Made by a program: the position numbers and the translations under genes. Below are positions 29,132 to 39,500 of a stretch of 64,000 bases of DNA, piece after piece. The notes beneath the pieces were generated by a model. It saw nothing but the letters and a program-made list of their open reading frames with translations, made no database searches and was not told the DNA's origin. The number at the start of each line of letters is the position of its first letter. The first letter of the stretch is position 1. The stretch is from IMG/VR virus record IMGVR_UViG_3300023049_000005, positions 1-64,000 of that record, one strand, 5' to 3'.

Positions 29132-30703
29132 TAGACGCTTAGTTATTTTATAAGGATATTCGTGTTTATTATACATCTTTTCTCTTTCTACTCCATGTTT
29201 CTTTAATATATTATTACTATCCTCAGTAAACATATCAACTAAATCATAAATAGAAGCAACATCCTTAGTATCATGAAGTCTTAAACTTCTACCGATACTC
29301 TGAATAGTCCTTTGTTCTACTTTGAAACCTTCAGCGAATATTATATTATGGATATTCTTTATACTAACCCCTGTACTTAATGTACCATATGTAGCTAAAA
29401 GTATTCTTAATTTACCATCCTCTTTTTCTAGTTCCTTTTTAATCTCTTCTCTTTTATCTTTCTTTACGCCACCGTTAATCATATAGATTACTAAGTTATC
29501 ATTATGATAATGTTCTTCTAAATATTCCTTTAATTTATCACCGAATTCAATTATGTTATATAATACTAACGTGTTCTTATTAATATTATTTAATAGTTTT
29601 ACAATGAAATCTTTTCTTGGTTCACTATTTCTAATATACTCCCCTTCTAATCTGTATATTTCAGATCCTGATCCACCGTTCTTTCTAGCACCTTTTAAAT
29701 TATCATAAAACTCAGGATCATCATGATTTAATAATATTTGTGATATCCTTACATATGATATAATACCTTTATCTTGTAACTCCTTGGCTTTGATCTTCGC
29801 CACCTTCGGTCCTGTCAGACTTTGAATAGTAATATAATCAGCAAAACCATCGTCTTGGAAAGTACCCGATACACCAAATTGATATGAACTATTCTTAATC
29901 GTTCTACCCATAATATCAATAAAACTTTTACTCTTAGCAAGGTGAGCTTCATCACAAGCTATACAATCAAACTGAGTGTAAAATTCTTCACCTGTTTTAT
30001 CGGGTTTTGATAAACTCTGAAAAGTAGATATAAATATATTAGGTTCTTTCTCCCCTCTCCATTTTCTAGGTTTACTACTCATTATTTCATTCACTCTAAG
30101 ATCTAACTTTCTACTATTCTCACCATTGAATCCTTCATTATAGTCTACGATATCATCATAAAATTGCGTTACAAGGTCAATAGAAGGCACTATAAGCAAC
30201 ATCTTTAAGTCGTTGTCCTCTTGTAATAGATAGAAGAATACAATCGATATAATCAAAGATTTACCACCACCTGTGGCAACTTCTGCAGTGCAATACATAT
30301 TTCTTAATATATGATAGGCTGTTTCGATCTGATGATCATATGGATAGAAATCTACTTCCTTACCATCTTTCATAACTTTATGATCTTTGAAAAAAGTTTC
30401 ACAAAATTTCTGAACCTTCTCTAAAGTAACATCTCTATTAAGTGGGAAATCTTTTTTATTACTAACTTCCATTTTACTCTGAACTTTATTCATAGCAACA
30501 ACAGTCTCTTTCCAAAGACCTAATGGAATTTTATCTGATTTGAAATGTTTTATTTCTCCATCCCATATACCTCGTTTAAAACTAGGCATAAATTGGAAAC
30601 CCTTCACTTTTCTATTCAGTGAGAGTTTTAATTGGTTGTATTCTAATGTAGTTGCTTTTTCTACTTTAAACCATTTATTTTCAGCATCATATGATAATAA
30701 CAT
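29120..30703 (-). CDS. uvsW: UvsW-like superfamily 2 DNA helicase
   Basis: ATGGGKS, DEAH, GVSGT, LSTGVSIKN, QSIGRSLR. Confidence 0.88.
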   Translation of the reverse strand: MLLSYDAENKWFKVEKATTLEYNQLKLSLNRKVKGFQFMPSFKRGIWDGEIKHFKSDKIPLGLWKETVVAMNKVQSKMEVSNKKDFPLNRDVTLEKVQKFCETFFKDHKVMKDGKEVDFYPYDHQIETAYHILRNMYCTAEVATGGGKSLIISIVFFYLLQEDNDLKMLLIVPSIDLVTQFYDDIVDYNEGFNGENSRKLDLRVNEIMSSKPRKWRGEKEPNIFISTFQSLSKPDKTGEEFYTQFDCIACDEAHLAKSKSFIDIMGRTIKNSSYQFGVSGTFQDDGFADYITIQSLTGPKVAKIKAKELQDKGIISYVRISQILLNHDDPEFYDNLKGARKNGGSGSEIYRLEGEYIRNSEPRKDFIVKLLNNINKNTLVLYNIIEFGDKLKEYLEEHYHNDNLVIYMINGGVKKDKREEIKKELEKEDGKLRILLATYGTLSTGVSIKNIHNIIFAEGFKVEQRTIQSIGRSLRLHDTKDVASIYDLVDMFTEDSNNILKKHGVEREKMYNKHEYPYKITKRLLGI

Positions 30704-30726
30704 TAATGATTATATGAAAAAATAGA

Positions 30727-31470
30727 TTATTGTTTAAATCTTTTGTAACTTTTAATGTAACTTTCGTTTATTTCGACTTCTTCTAAGGCTTCATTATAAG
30801 AATTCTTTACAAAATCTAAGATATATGTATTTTCTATAAACGCATATACAAAATCTGTCTTATATTTTTCAGGATCTTCTAAATTAGATAAAATATAATT
30901 TAACATTACTGCAACTACATATTCTTCATCTTCTATCTTATTTTCTAATATCTTTTCTATATCTTGTATAGAATTTGGCATAAATGAAATAAAACCTGAT
31001 CTAGAACGATATGTCTCATGTAAGTATTCATTGAAATCATCCTCTTTTATTTTAGATTTGAATTTATTCCAAAACGTTTTAACATCTTCATTTAAATAAA
31101 TATCAAAATATAAGTTATCCGTAGTATAATTATATGATTTAGGACTCACTATTTTTATAACTTTTCCTGAATCAATAAAAGAAACTTTCTTTTTCATATC
31201 AGGTAAGTAACTTTCATTGAATATTTTTTTAGCACATTCTAATACATGTTCTTCAAAAACATCGTTATCAAAATGATCGTAATAAAAATCTCTATATGCA
31301 TCAGCGTCTTCAAAACGATCTTGTAATTCTATACTTCCTTCGTATTCACTACTAAAATCATCAATAGTAAAAAGATTATCAGGACTGTAAGATTGGTACA
31401 TATCAACTGATATGAAAGGAACTAATTCTGTAGTAAGTTCAACTTTATATAACTCATTATTAATAAACAT
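30727..31470 (-). CDS. hypothetical protein (late); capsid-targeting-like motif at the C-terminus
   Basis: TAATATATA-N4-ATG; ends INESYIKSYKRFKQ. Confidence 0.7.
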   Translation of the reverse strand: MFINNELYKVELTTELVPFISVDMYQSYSPDNLFTIDDFSSEYEGSIELQDRFEDADAYRDFYYDHFDNDVFEEHVLECAKKIFNESYLPDMKKKVSFIDSGKVIKIVSPKSYNYTTDNLYFDIYLNEDVKTFWNKFKSKIKEDDFNEYLHETYRSRSGFISFMPNSIQDIEKILENKIEDEEYVVAVMLNYILSNLEDPEKYKTDFVYAFIENTYILDFVKNSYNEALEEVEINESYIKSYKRFKQ

Positions 31471-31485
31471 ATCTTATATATTAAA

Positions 31486-31959
31486 TTACTTATTTAGTTT
31501 TAGTATTAAATCAGTAATAAGTAATTTACCATATTCGGCTATTTCTTCATCTGTTAGCTTATCCCTTACTCTTTTATCACGTAATAAAAGTATTACTATA
31601 TCATCATGACCTCTCTTTGCTGCCCATCGTATAGCCATATTATTTATTGTACTAGGATCAACTCTTGGATCTTTAAGTAATAGTTTAACAATTTCTAGAT
31701 GATTCGATTCTGCTGCTAATCGTATAGCATAGTTTTTTTCATCACTAGGATCAACTCTATCATCTTTTAATAACTCTCGGACTACTTCTATATGACCATT
31801 ACAAGATGCCCATACTATACCATTATTTCCATTATTACTAGGATCAACTCTTGGGTCTTTTAAAAACAATTTAACTAAATTTAGATCACCTATTTTACAA
31901 GCCTCAATAAATTCTTGTTGTTTATTATCTGATTCGAATAGTTTATAACTTTTAATTAT
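31486..31959 (-). CDS. ankyrin repeat protein with non-canonical or disrupted start
   Basis: LLKDxRVDPS ankyrin repeats; the frame extends upstream of TTG 31869 as IIKSYKLFESDNKQQEFIEACKIGDLNLVKL, with no ATG/GTG. Confidence 0.75.
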   Translation of the reverse strand: MIKSYKLFESDNKQQEFIEACKIGDLNLVKLFLKDPRVDPSNNGNNGIVWASCNGHIEVVRELLKDDRVDPSDEKNYAIRLAAESNHLEIVKLLLKDPRVDPSTINNMAIRWAAKRGHDDIVILLLRDKRVRDKLTDEEIAEYGKLLITDLILKLNK

Positions 31960-32022
31960 AAACTGATCTAATTTATCACGTATTTATATAACTATTCTAT
32001 TTTAGTTATATATTAAATATAA

Positions 32023-32337
32023 TTAGATAATAATTAAAGAGTCGATGAACTCATCTCTTTTCTGAGCTAAGAGATTTTGACGCATTTTATCATCAAATTT
32101 ATAATAATGAATAGAGTCGATATTATTAACCACATAGAAAAAAATATTAACTCTATCATATTTAGTCTTGAATAATTCATCCCCTATTTTTATGAGATAT
32201 TTATTGAGATGAATGATAATGCCATCGTGATCGAATACAGTTATATTAGATAAACGAATATATGTAGGTGTTATATCTACAGATGAATCATTTTTATGTT
32301 CATCAATATAATCGTATATCCGTTCTTCAATAGTCAT
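32023..32337 (-). CDS. hypothetical protein with C-terminal RDxxID tag
   Basis: Ends RDEFIDSLIII; TACCTTTG 5 nt before ATG. Confidence 0.7.
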   Translation of the reverse strand: MTIEERIYDYIDEHKNDSSVDITPTYIRLSNITVFDHDGIIIHLNKYLIKIGDELFKTKYDRVNIFFYVVNNIDSIHYYKFDDKMRQNLLAQKRDEFIDSLIII

Positions 32338-32416
32338 AGATACAAAGGTAATGAATTATAACTGAAACACCCATAATTAATTATATTTTATTATTATATT
32401 ATAATGTTGCACCTTT

Positions 32417-33193
32417 TTAGTTTCTGTACCTCTTCATGATCTCAATTAAGAATGGATCTCTTACAATATCATCGTCTTCGAATTTAAAGTATCCGACACC
32501 ATCGAGACTTTCTAATCGTTCTGCAGCATCAACTGCCCCACACTTTTCATTATTTCTCGTTTTAATATCGATTTGATCAGGATCATATAGTACTACTATT
32601 TTACTATCTTCTCCTAAACGAGATAAATAAGTTTTCATTTCATTAATAGAAGTATTCTGCCCTTCATCTAAAATACAGAAGACACCTGTTGGTTCGCCTT
32701 CTTCATTAACATTACCAAAGGTTTCTCCTCTCATATAATTAATGATTCTTTCTTCTATTAGATTATTTCTAAGAAATTTAGCAACTTCCTTATCTACTAT
32801 TTTATCTAAGTTAGCATAAATAGAATTGAAATAGATATAAGTTTTATCATTGATGTCGCCTGGTAAAGCCCCTATATCATAGCTAACACTTACTATTGGT
32901 TTAGTTATCATAATATTAGAGATATTATATTCTTCGGGATGTTTTAATATTTCTAAGCCCGTTTTAAGTGAGATTAAGGATTTACCTGTACCTGCGGGTC
33001 CTTCCACGAAGGTGATTCTATTCTCTTTAATCATCTGAGCCATTTCTTTCTGTTTCTTATTCTTGAATTTTGTTCTAATATTAAATTGTAAATTAGAAAG
33101 TTCTTTTCTTTTACGAGCGTTAAGTTCGTCCATTTCGTTTGCTGCATCTCTTAGCAATTGGCTTTTAGGTGATTTCTTAGTTTTCCTTGGCAT
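32417..33193 (-). CDS. phoH: PhoH-like ATPase
   Basis: GPAGTGKS, IGALPG, YMRGETF, ILDEGQN, SRLGE, DIVR. Confidence 0.9.
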   Translation of the reverse strand: MPRKTKKSPKSQLLRDAANEMDELNARKRKELSNLQFNIRTKFKNKKQKEMAQMIKENRITFVEGPAGTGKSLISLKTGLEILKHPEEYNISNIMITKPIVSVSYDIGALPGDINDKTYIYFNSIYANLDKIVDKEVAKFLRNNLIEERIINYMRGETFGNVNEEGEPTGVFCILDEGQNTSINEMKTYLSRLGEDSKIVVLYDPDQIDIKTRNNEKCGAVDAAERLESLDGVGYFKFEDDDIVRDPFLIEIMKRYRN

Positions 33194-33261
33194 ATAAAAT
33201 TTATTTTTTTATTATTCTATATATTTTATTACCTTTGTCATCTATTATTAAAAAAGAAATT

Positions 33262-33681
33262 ATGGTAATTTTTAATCTACTTACACTTGTTTATATCATT
33301 TCTCATCTAAAGATAGCGTTGAATCCTGATTTGTTGATTAGTGGTTATAATGAAGTAAACGAAAGAAGTGAAGCTATAAAAGAAGGACGTGAGTTAAAAA
33401 AACTAACTAAGGAAACTATAACAATAACAAGAATTAGTATACTTACTTTGATATGGAGAATTAGTGGATTATTAACATCCGATTGGATTATATTTTTAAT
33501 TTATAACATATATATCCAAGTCTATTCTCTTTTTATGAAGAAAAAAAGAGGCACACCTTCTTATAGAACAGCCATTGTTATTACTTCATATATAGCTTTT
33601 TCTTTTTCTACTATATTATTTTTGAAGAATATCTTCTTTGAAAATATGAATGTTTCGGAAAAAATTATCGCTTTATTTTGA
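33262..33681 (+). CDS. hypothetical membrane protein
   Basis: Several hydrophobic segments; TACCTTTG at 33230-33237 favours ATG 33262. Confidence 0.6.
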   Translation: MVIFNLLTLVYIISHLKIALNPDLLISGYNEVNERSEAIKEGRELKKLTKETITITRISILTLIWRISGLLTSDWIIFLIYNIYIQVYSLFMKKKRGTPSYRTAIVITSYIAFSFSTILFLKNIFFENMNVSEKIIALF

Positions 33682-34873
33682 TCTTAATTGTGATCCAAAA
33701 TTTAGAAGCGTCTATATTGAAAAGTACTTTCTTATCTATTTTCTTTTTCTTACAATAAGAGATAAATTCGTTTCTTACTTTATCTAAACTTTCTTTCTCT
33801 ATAATACCGTCTTTCCATTCTCCCATACCGTAGTACCTTTGTATGATAGATTTATCTTTGATATAAGGATTAGTCTTTTTCTCAAAATAACCAGGTGAGA
33901 AATCAGACATCAGCTTCTTAATTTTCATATGAGAAATAACATCTTCCTTTGATAAACTATCAATATCATCTCTTAACTGTTGTAATACTTTACCTTTACT
34001 ATCCTTAAGTTCTTTGAAGTTTCTTTTAGAAAGTTTATATTCACCTACTTTTATTTTCTGATCACTATCATCTATATTAATACCATACTCTAAGAATAGA
34101 GAAGTAGTATAAGTTATTCCGAAATATAATTTAATGCTGCCTTGTGACTGAGTTATATAATCTGAAATTTGTTCCATTGATTTAAATCGCTCTAAGATAG
34201 AAAGTAACCTTTCTTTATTAACTGATTCAGTGATATAAAAAGAAAAGAAACTATTAGGGCATCTATCTTCTTCTTTTGTTAATTCAGGAAGTGATAATGC
34301 TGTTAATATTTTTAAGAAACTATTGAATCCTGTTTTATTAAGTACTATTAAGTTTTTAATATTAAGATCTTCGAATTTATTACTTTCTTCTATTTTAAAG
34401 TTATCATTGATCGATTTAACTAATGCCATTTGATCATAAGGATTAAGTATATTTACTGCCTTAGAAATACGAATTGAAGTATCAACTGATTTATCATTAA
34501 ATCTTTTTCTGTAATGATCAATAATATCTTCCTTTTTTAATGTTTCATTAGGTGCATTTTGTATATCACTTTCGTTGATATTATGACTAACTATATAACT
34601 TCTTCCTTTCTTCTCAACTATTTTAACAGGTGTTAACATGTTGTTATACCAATACTCAGTAAGGACTATATCATTTTCATCAAATTTCTTTGAATCGTTT
34701 TTACCCACAGGTAGTTTAAGATATTCCCCAAGGATTCTTGAAAAGTCTTCTTTTTCTTCATTCTTAATATTATCATATACGTGTTCAACATATTCACCAA
34801 GTGAACCGTATTCATTTTTAATATCAGCGTATATTCCTTCGTTTATTTTAAAGTTATTGAATTTGGTAATCAT
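33665..34873 (-). CDS. hypothetical protein with capsid-targeting-like motif
   Basis: Starts MITKFNNFKINEG; TAATATATA-N4-ATG. Confidence 0.8.
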   Translation of the reverse strand: MITKFNNFKINEGIYADIKNEYGSLGEYVEHVYDNIKNEEKEDFSRILGEYLKLPVGKNDSKKFDENDIVLTEYWYNNMLTPVKIVEKKGRSYIVSHNINESDIQNAPNETLKKEDIIDHYRKRFNDKSVDTSIRISKAVNILNPYDQMALVKSINDNFKIEESNKFEDLNIKNLIVLNKTGFNSFLKILTALSLPELTKEEDRCPNSFFSFYITESVNKERLLSILERFKSMEQISDYITQSQGSIKLYFGITYTTSLFLEYGINIDDSDQKIKVGEYKLSKRNFKELKDSKGKVLQQLRDDIDSLSKEDVISHMKIKKLMSDFSPGYFEKKTNPYIKDKSIIQRYYGMGEWKDGIIEKESLDKVRNEFISYCKKKKIDKKVLFNIDASKFWITIKIKIKR

Positions 34874-34888
34874 ATCTTATATATTAAA

Positions 34889-36320
34889 CTATTGATTTAA
34901 CTTTGTTAACATATCACCCACATATGGTTTAGTTATTTTGAGAAGTTCCTTTTCTGTTAACTTTTCTCTCACTCTTTCGTCTCTCAATAATTGTAATATT
35001 AATTCTTTTTCGTCCTTAAAGTCTCTTAGTGTTCTATTTAAAACATAATTAGAATTAGCACTTGGATCAACTCTATCGTCTTTTAATAACACCTTCACTA
35101 AATCTATTTCACCTACAAAAATTGCATTTCCTATAATAATATTATCATTAACACTTGGATCAACTCTATCATCTTTTAATAATAATCTTACGATATTAAA
35201 ATAGCCTTTTTTAGATGCTTCTATTATGTTTATATTATCACCATCACTAGGATCAACTCTATCATCTTTCATCAATAGGCTTACTAATGCCATATCTCCC
35301 CTCTCCACTGCTGCCCTTATAGTCCAATTATTCACATCAGTTGGATCTACTTTAGGGTGTTTTAATAACATATGCACTATCGAAATTTCTCCATATAATG
35401 ATGCCATTCGTATAGCGTAGTTAGCCTCTATACTAGGATCAACTCTTTTATCATTTAGTAAAAGTTTAACTACTTTGATATGTCCGTTTTCTGCTGCACT
35501 TTTTATAGCTTTACCACCTTTAGCATTAGGATTAACTTCCTCAAATCCTAATAAATATTCTACTACTTCGGGGTTATTGTTATTCGCAGCTATTCTTATA
35601 GCTTGGTCTTCAAATGCTGTTGGGTCTAAATCATATTCTTCTATAAATAATTTAACTAAATTTAGATGACCCCAAGCTGCTGCTGATATTAAATTATTTT
35701 CAGTAGGAAGATTCCCTGTTTCGATTATTTTTTTAATCATTTCCATATCAACATTAGGCTTCTCTATTTCTAACATTAAAGCCATCTCATGTTTGAGGTC
35801 TTCAATGAAATTATCTTCATTTAATTTTTGGATCATACTACTAACAAGTGGTCTACCTTTAGCATATCTCTTAATTTCTTTTTTAGATAAATGTTTATAT
35901 ACCTCAGGTTGATTGAGTAGTAGATATACCACATCATCATGACCATTTTCATATGCGTATTCTATGGGAGTATTACTATCTAAATATCCACTTGCGTTAA
36001 ACCTGCCGTCTTTTAAAAGTAATTTAATAATTTCTAAATAACCTTCTTGTGCAGCCGTTTCTATTAAATCGTGTTCTCTTCTTTTATCTACCCCTTTATA
36101 TCTTAATAGAAACTTCAGAAGTTCAGGTTGATTCATACGAACTGCATAATATATAGGTGAATTTTTATTAGTAGTTGGTTTAATTTTTTCTTTACGAATC
36201 ATTTTTTTTAACATGTTCGATATCCCCCTCCATTGAAGCATATACTATTTGTTCCTTAGGGTCTAAAATATACCCCCCGTTTTTAGTAGTATATCCTTCA
36301 TATAATTTAATATATTTCAT
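34889..36320 (-). CDS. long ankyrin repeat protein, frameshifted at an A8 run near its 5' end
   Basis: Multiple DxRVDPS ankyrin repeats in 34889..36241; upstream 42-aa ORF 36192..36320 (MKYIKLYEGY...YASMEGDIEHVKK) joins in frame if T8 at 36202-36209 is T7. Confidence 0.8.
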
Positions 36321-36366
36321 ATCATATATATTATATTGAAGAAATGCTTTGCTTAATATATACTAA

Positions 36367-36585
36367 GTGAATGATAAAGATAGGATAATATATGATCTAC
36401 TATTTAGTGAAAAAACTGAGTTCAGTTTTGAAATATCATCTCTTTTTGAGTTCATAGAAGATTACAGAGATGTGATCGAAAGTATAGTAAAGAGTGCTAA
36501 TAAAGGTAGAGTTAGTATAGTGAAAGATATTATTGAAGTAAAAGGCGATGATATTTTTTGGAATATAAAAATAAAAAGAAAGTAA
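36367..36585 (+). CDS. hypothetical protein (late)
   Basis: TAATATATA-N4-GTG; precedes the giant gene. Confidence 0.7.
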   Translation: MNDKDRIIYDLLFSEKTEFSFEISSLFEFIEDYRDVIESIVKSANKGRVSIVKDIIEVKGDDIFWNIKIKRK

Positions 36586-36586
36586 T

Positions 36587-39500
36587 ATGTGGGATTATTC
36601 CTCAATAGAAGACAATTTTAAAAAGAGAACAGGAAAGCTTGATAAAAAGACATTTAACTTTCTTAGACAAGAAATAGATTCAGTTCGCTTTTATTCTAAG
36701 TGTTTAGATGGAAGTAGCTATGTTTATTCTGATGACTTAAATAATATTTATGACCTTCAGTTTAGAGACTATAATACTTATAAAATAAGCAGCGAATATT
36801 CTACATATTATAACGGTGGTGATGCTGATGGTATTGCTATTGATAGACAAGGAAACAGTGATCTTGGATTTTATAACAGATATAAAAACGATTATGGTTA
36901 TACAGTTAAAAACTTATTTAGTCCTAAGCGTTTATTTAATTATACAAATTATTATAACGTAGACCTTGCTACTACTCAACCAATAGACTTCGATCTAGTT
37001 GATGATAAACTTACTATTGATGGAGAAATTGTGATAATCGGACAAAGAATACTAGTAAAAGATAATATATCTACTGTAACATTAGACAGTAGTATTGATG
37101 CTGAAACATTTTTAAACACTGACGTAACAGTTGTTCAAACTATTGGTGGACAAATAACTTATCAATATTCTAATAACGAGAATGGTGTTTATAGATACGA
37201 TGGTTTACAACTTATAAGAGAAAACGATTTAGATACAGTAGATAATGTCAGAAATTATTCTGTGTATGTAAAATTAGGAAGCAGTAATATAACAAAAAGT
37301 TTCCATTTAAATAGATTAACAAACGGGGCATTTCCTTTAATAACCAATAATGAAAATATATCATTTACAGAAAAAAATGATTATGTGATCAGAAATTCTG
37401 TTGATTATAGAAACGTACTTGATAATAATTTTGCTACATCGTTGGCTCAACTTGAAACAGTATTTAGTTTCAGGGGTAATACATATGATATACCAAATAG
37501 AAATATTACAGTTGGTGATTTTGGCTTGATATTAAATTACCAAAATAACTATATGAATATTGTTAAAAACAGATTCAAAGAAGATCTCAAAGATATCATA
37601 GAATTAAATAATAAGTATCTAATCGTTGGTAACAACGGCACTCTTTTATCTATGGATAAAGTTTACTTTGATCTAAGTATTATCGAAATTGATTCTATTG
37701 AGGATCTACTTTCAATTGATATTAGAAACGGTAAAGGAATTATAGTAGGATCGAACGGTAGTATATTAACATCTATTAATAATAATAATTGGAATGAATT
37801 AGATAACCCAATAGAAAATAACATTAATGCAGTACAATATTTTAATTTAGCTAAGGCTAATTATATAGGAAATAATGGGGTTTTTGGTGAGGTTAATGTA
37901 AGCGGAGATCAGTTTAAAATAACAGAAAAAGAATTAACTATTCGTCCTAATTTATTCGACGAAAGGATAATAAGAGATGATTTACATAACATAAATAACG
38001 TAGAAATAGAGAACCAATTTTTCAAATACACAGGTGCAGATTGGGTAGACATACCTAAAGATATAAACAGTAGCTTTAGTTTTGATTTTAGTTTCAAACC
38101 AACAGACTTAGAAGCTAATGATACACAAGTATTATTCTCTATTACACCTACACCTTCGGCTACACAAAGCGCAGTTAATATTAAAGGGTTTAAAGTGTTT
38201 ATTGAAAAAGAAAATAATGATTATAGACTTAGATTATCGATTACTGATCCAAATGGAAATGAAGTTAAATTAGATGGTGATATATCTCTTTCTAATGATA
38301 AATGGTATAAAGTATTCATAACTCGTTTCAAAAACGAATATGAATTTTTTGTGAATAATAGATTAGGCGCAGAAACAGCATTGGGCTTTGATAGTAACTT
38401 TGATAACTTCAATGATACTATCAGATTAGGTGCGGAATTAACATATGATTTTAATAATTCACAATATTTAACTGCAAGTTATAATAACTTTATTGGTACA
38501 ATTGATAATGTGAGATTATGGGATAAGCGTTTAGATAACCAAGAAGTATTTAGTTATGGTAATTACTATTCAGATGATTTACCAAATCTAGTTACTTGGT
38601 ATAAATTTAAAGTAACTAAGAACGCTAGTGGTGATAAAATAATATTAACAAATGATGTAGTAGATAATAGATCTCTTTCGTTACCAAGTAATTCTAATAT
38701 AACTTTTTATAATGCAAATACTTCGGCTACTGCGATGTTAGAAATTGAATTATTTAAGGGAACGTCCATCATAGGAGATAATATAATTGTATTTGATTTA
38801 GAAGATCAATCTAATTATTCAGATATAACAACTAATACACAGTTTTATATTACATTTGATAATGAAAGCCCTAAGAACTTACGATATTATAGTACAGATG
38901 GTTATTATTATGGGGTATCTGATCAGAGAAGTTTTAGAATAGATTCATTTAAATTAGACTTCAACTTACTGAATTATATCAATGATATAGAAGTAGAATT
39001 AGAACCTATTTCAAATAAAGGATATGACAATTTAAGTATAAACTTTAACCTTCAAGAATTATTATTAATCGGAAGTGTAGAAAATAATGAGATTGATAAA
39101 ATCGATCTCAATAATGTGTGTGTTATACAACCTGTTGATAGATTAGAAGGTTGTACTATATCTTCTACTGTTTCGATAATAGACACTACAAATAGTATTG
39201 ATATTGAAAATGATTATAAAGATAATGTAACAGACGAAGTTAATGTTTGTAGCATTAACTATATTAAAGCATTAGGTTTCCCTTCGTCAACACAATCAGT
39301 ATGTACGTTCTATGTACCTAATGGTGATGGACAACCATTTGATCTTTATCAAGAAGTGTATTTAGTGGGAGAAGTAGAAGATCAATTAAATGGATATTTT
39401 GAGGTTAGTTTTAACGGAGTAGACTTTGAAGAAATAAGAGGTAATGGTGAATTTATCGTACCATTAGGAGTAGGGGCAGATTCATCTCTAACATTTAGAA

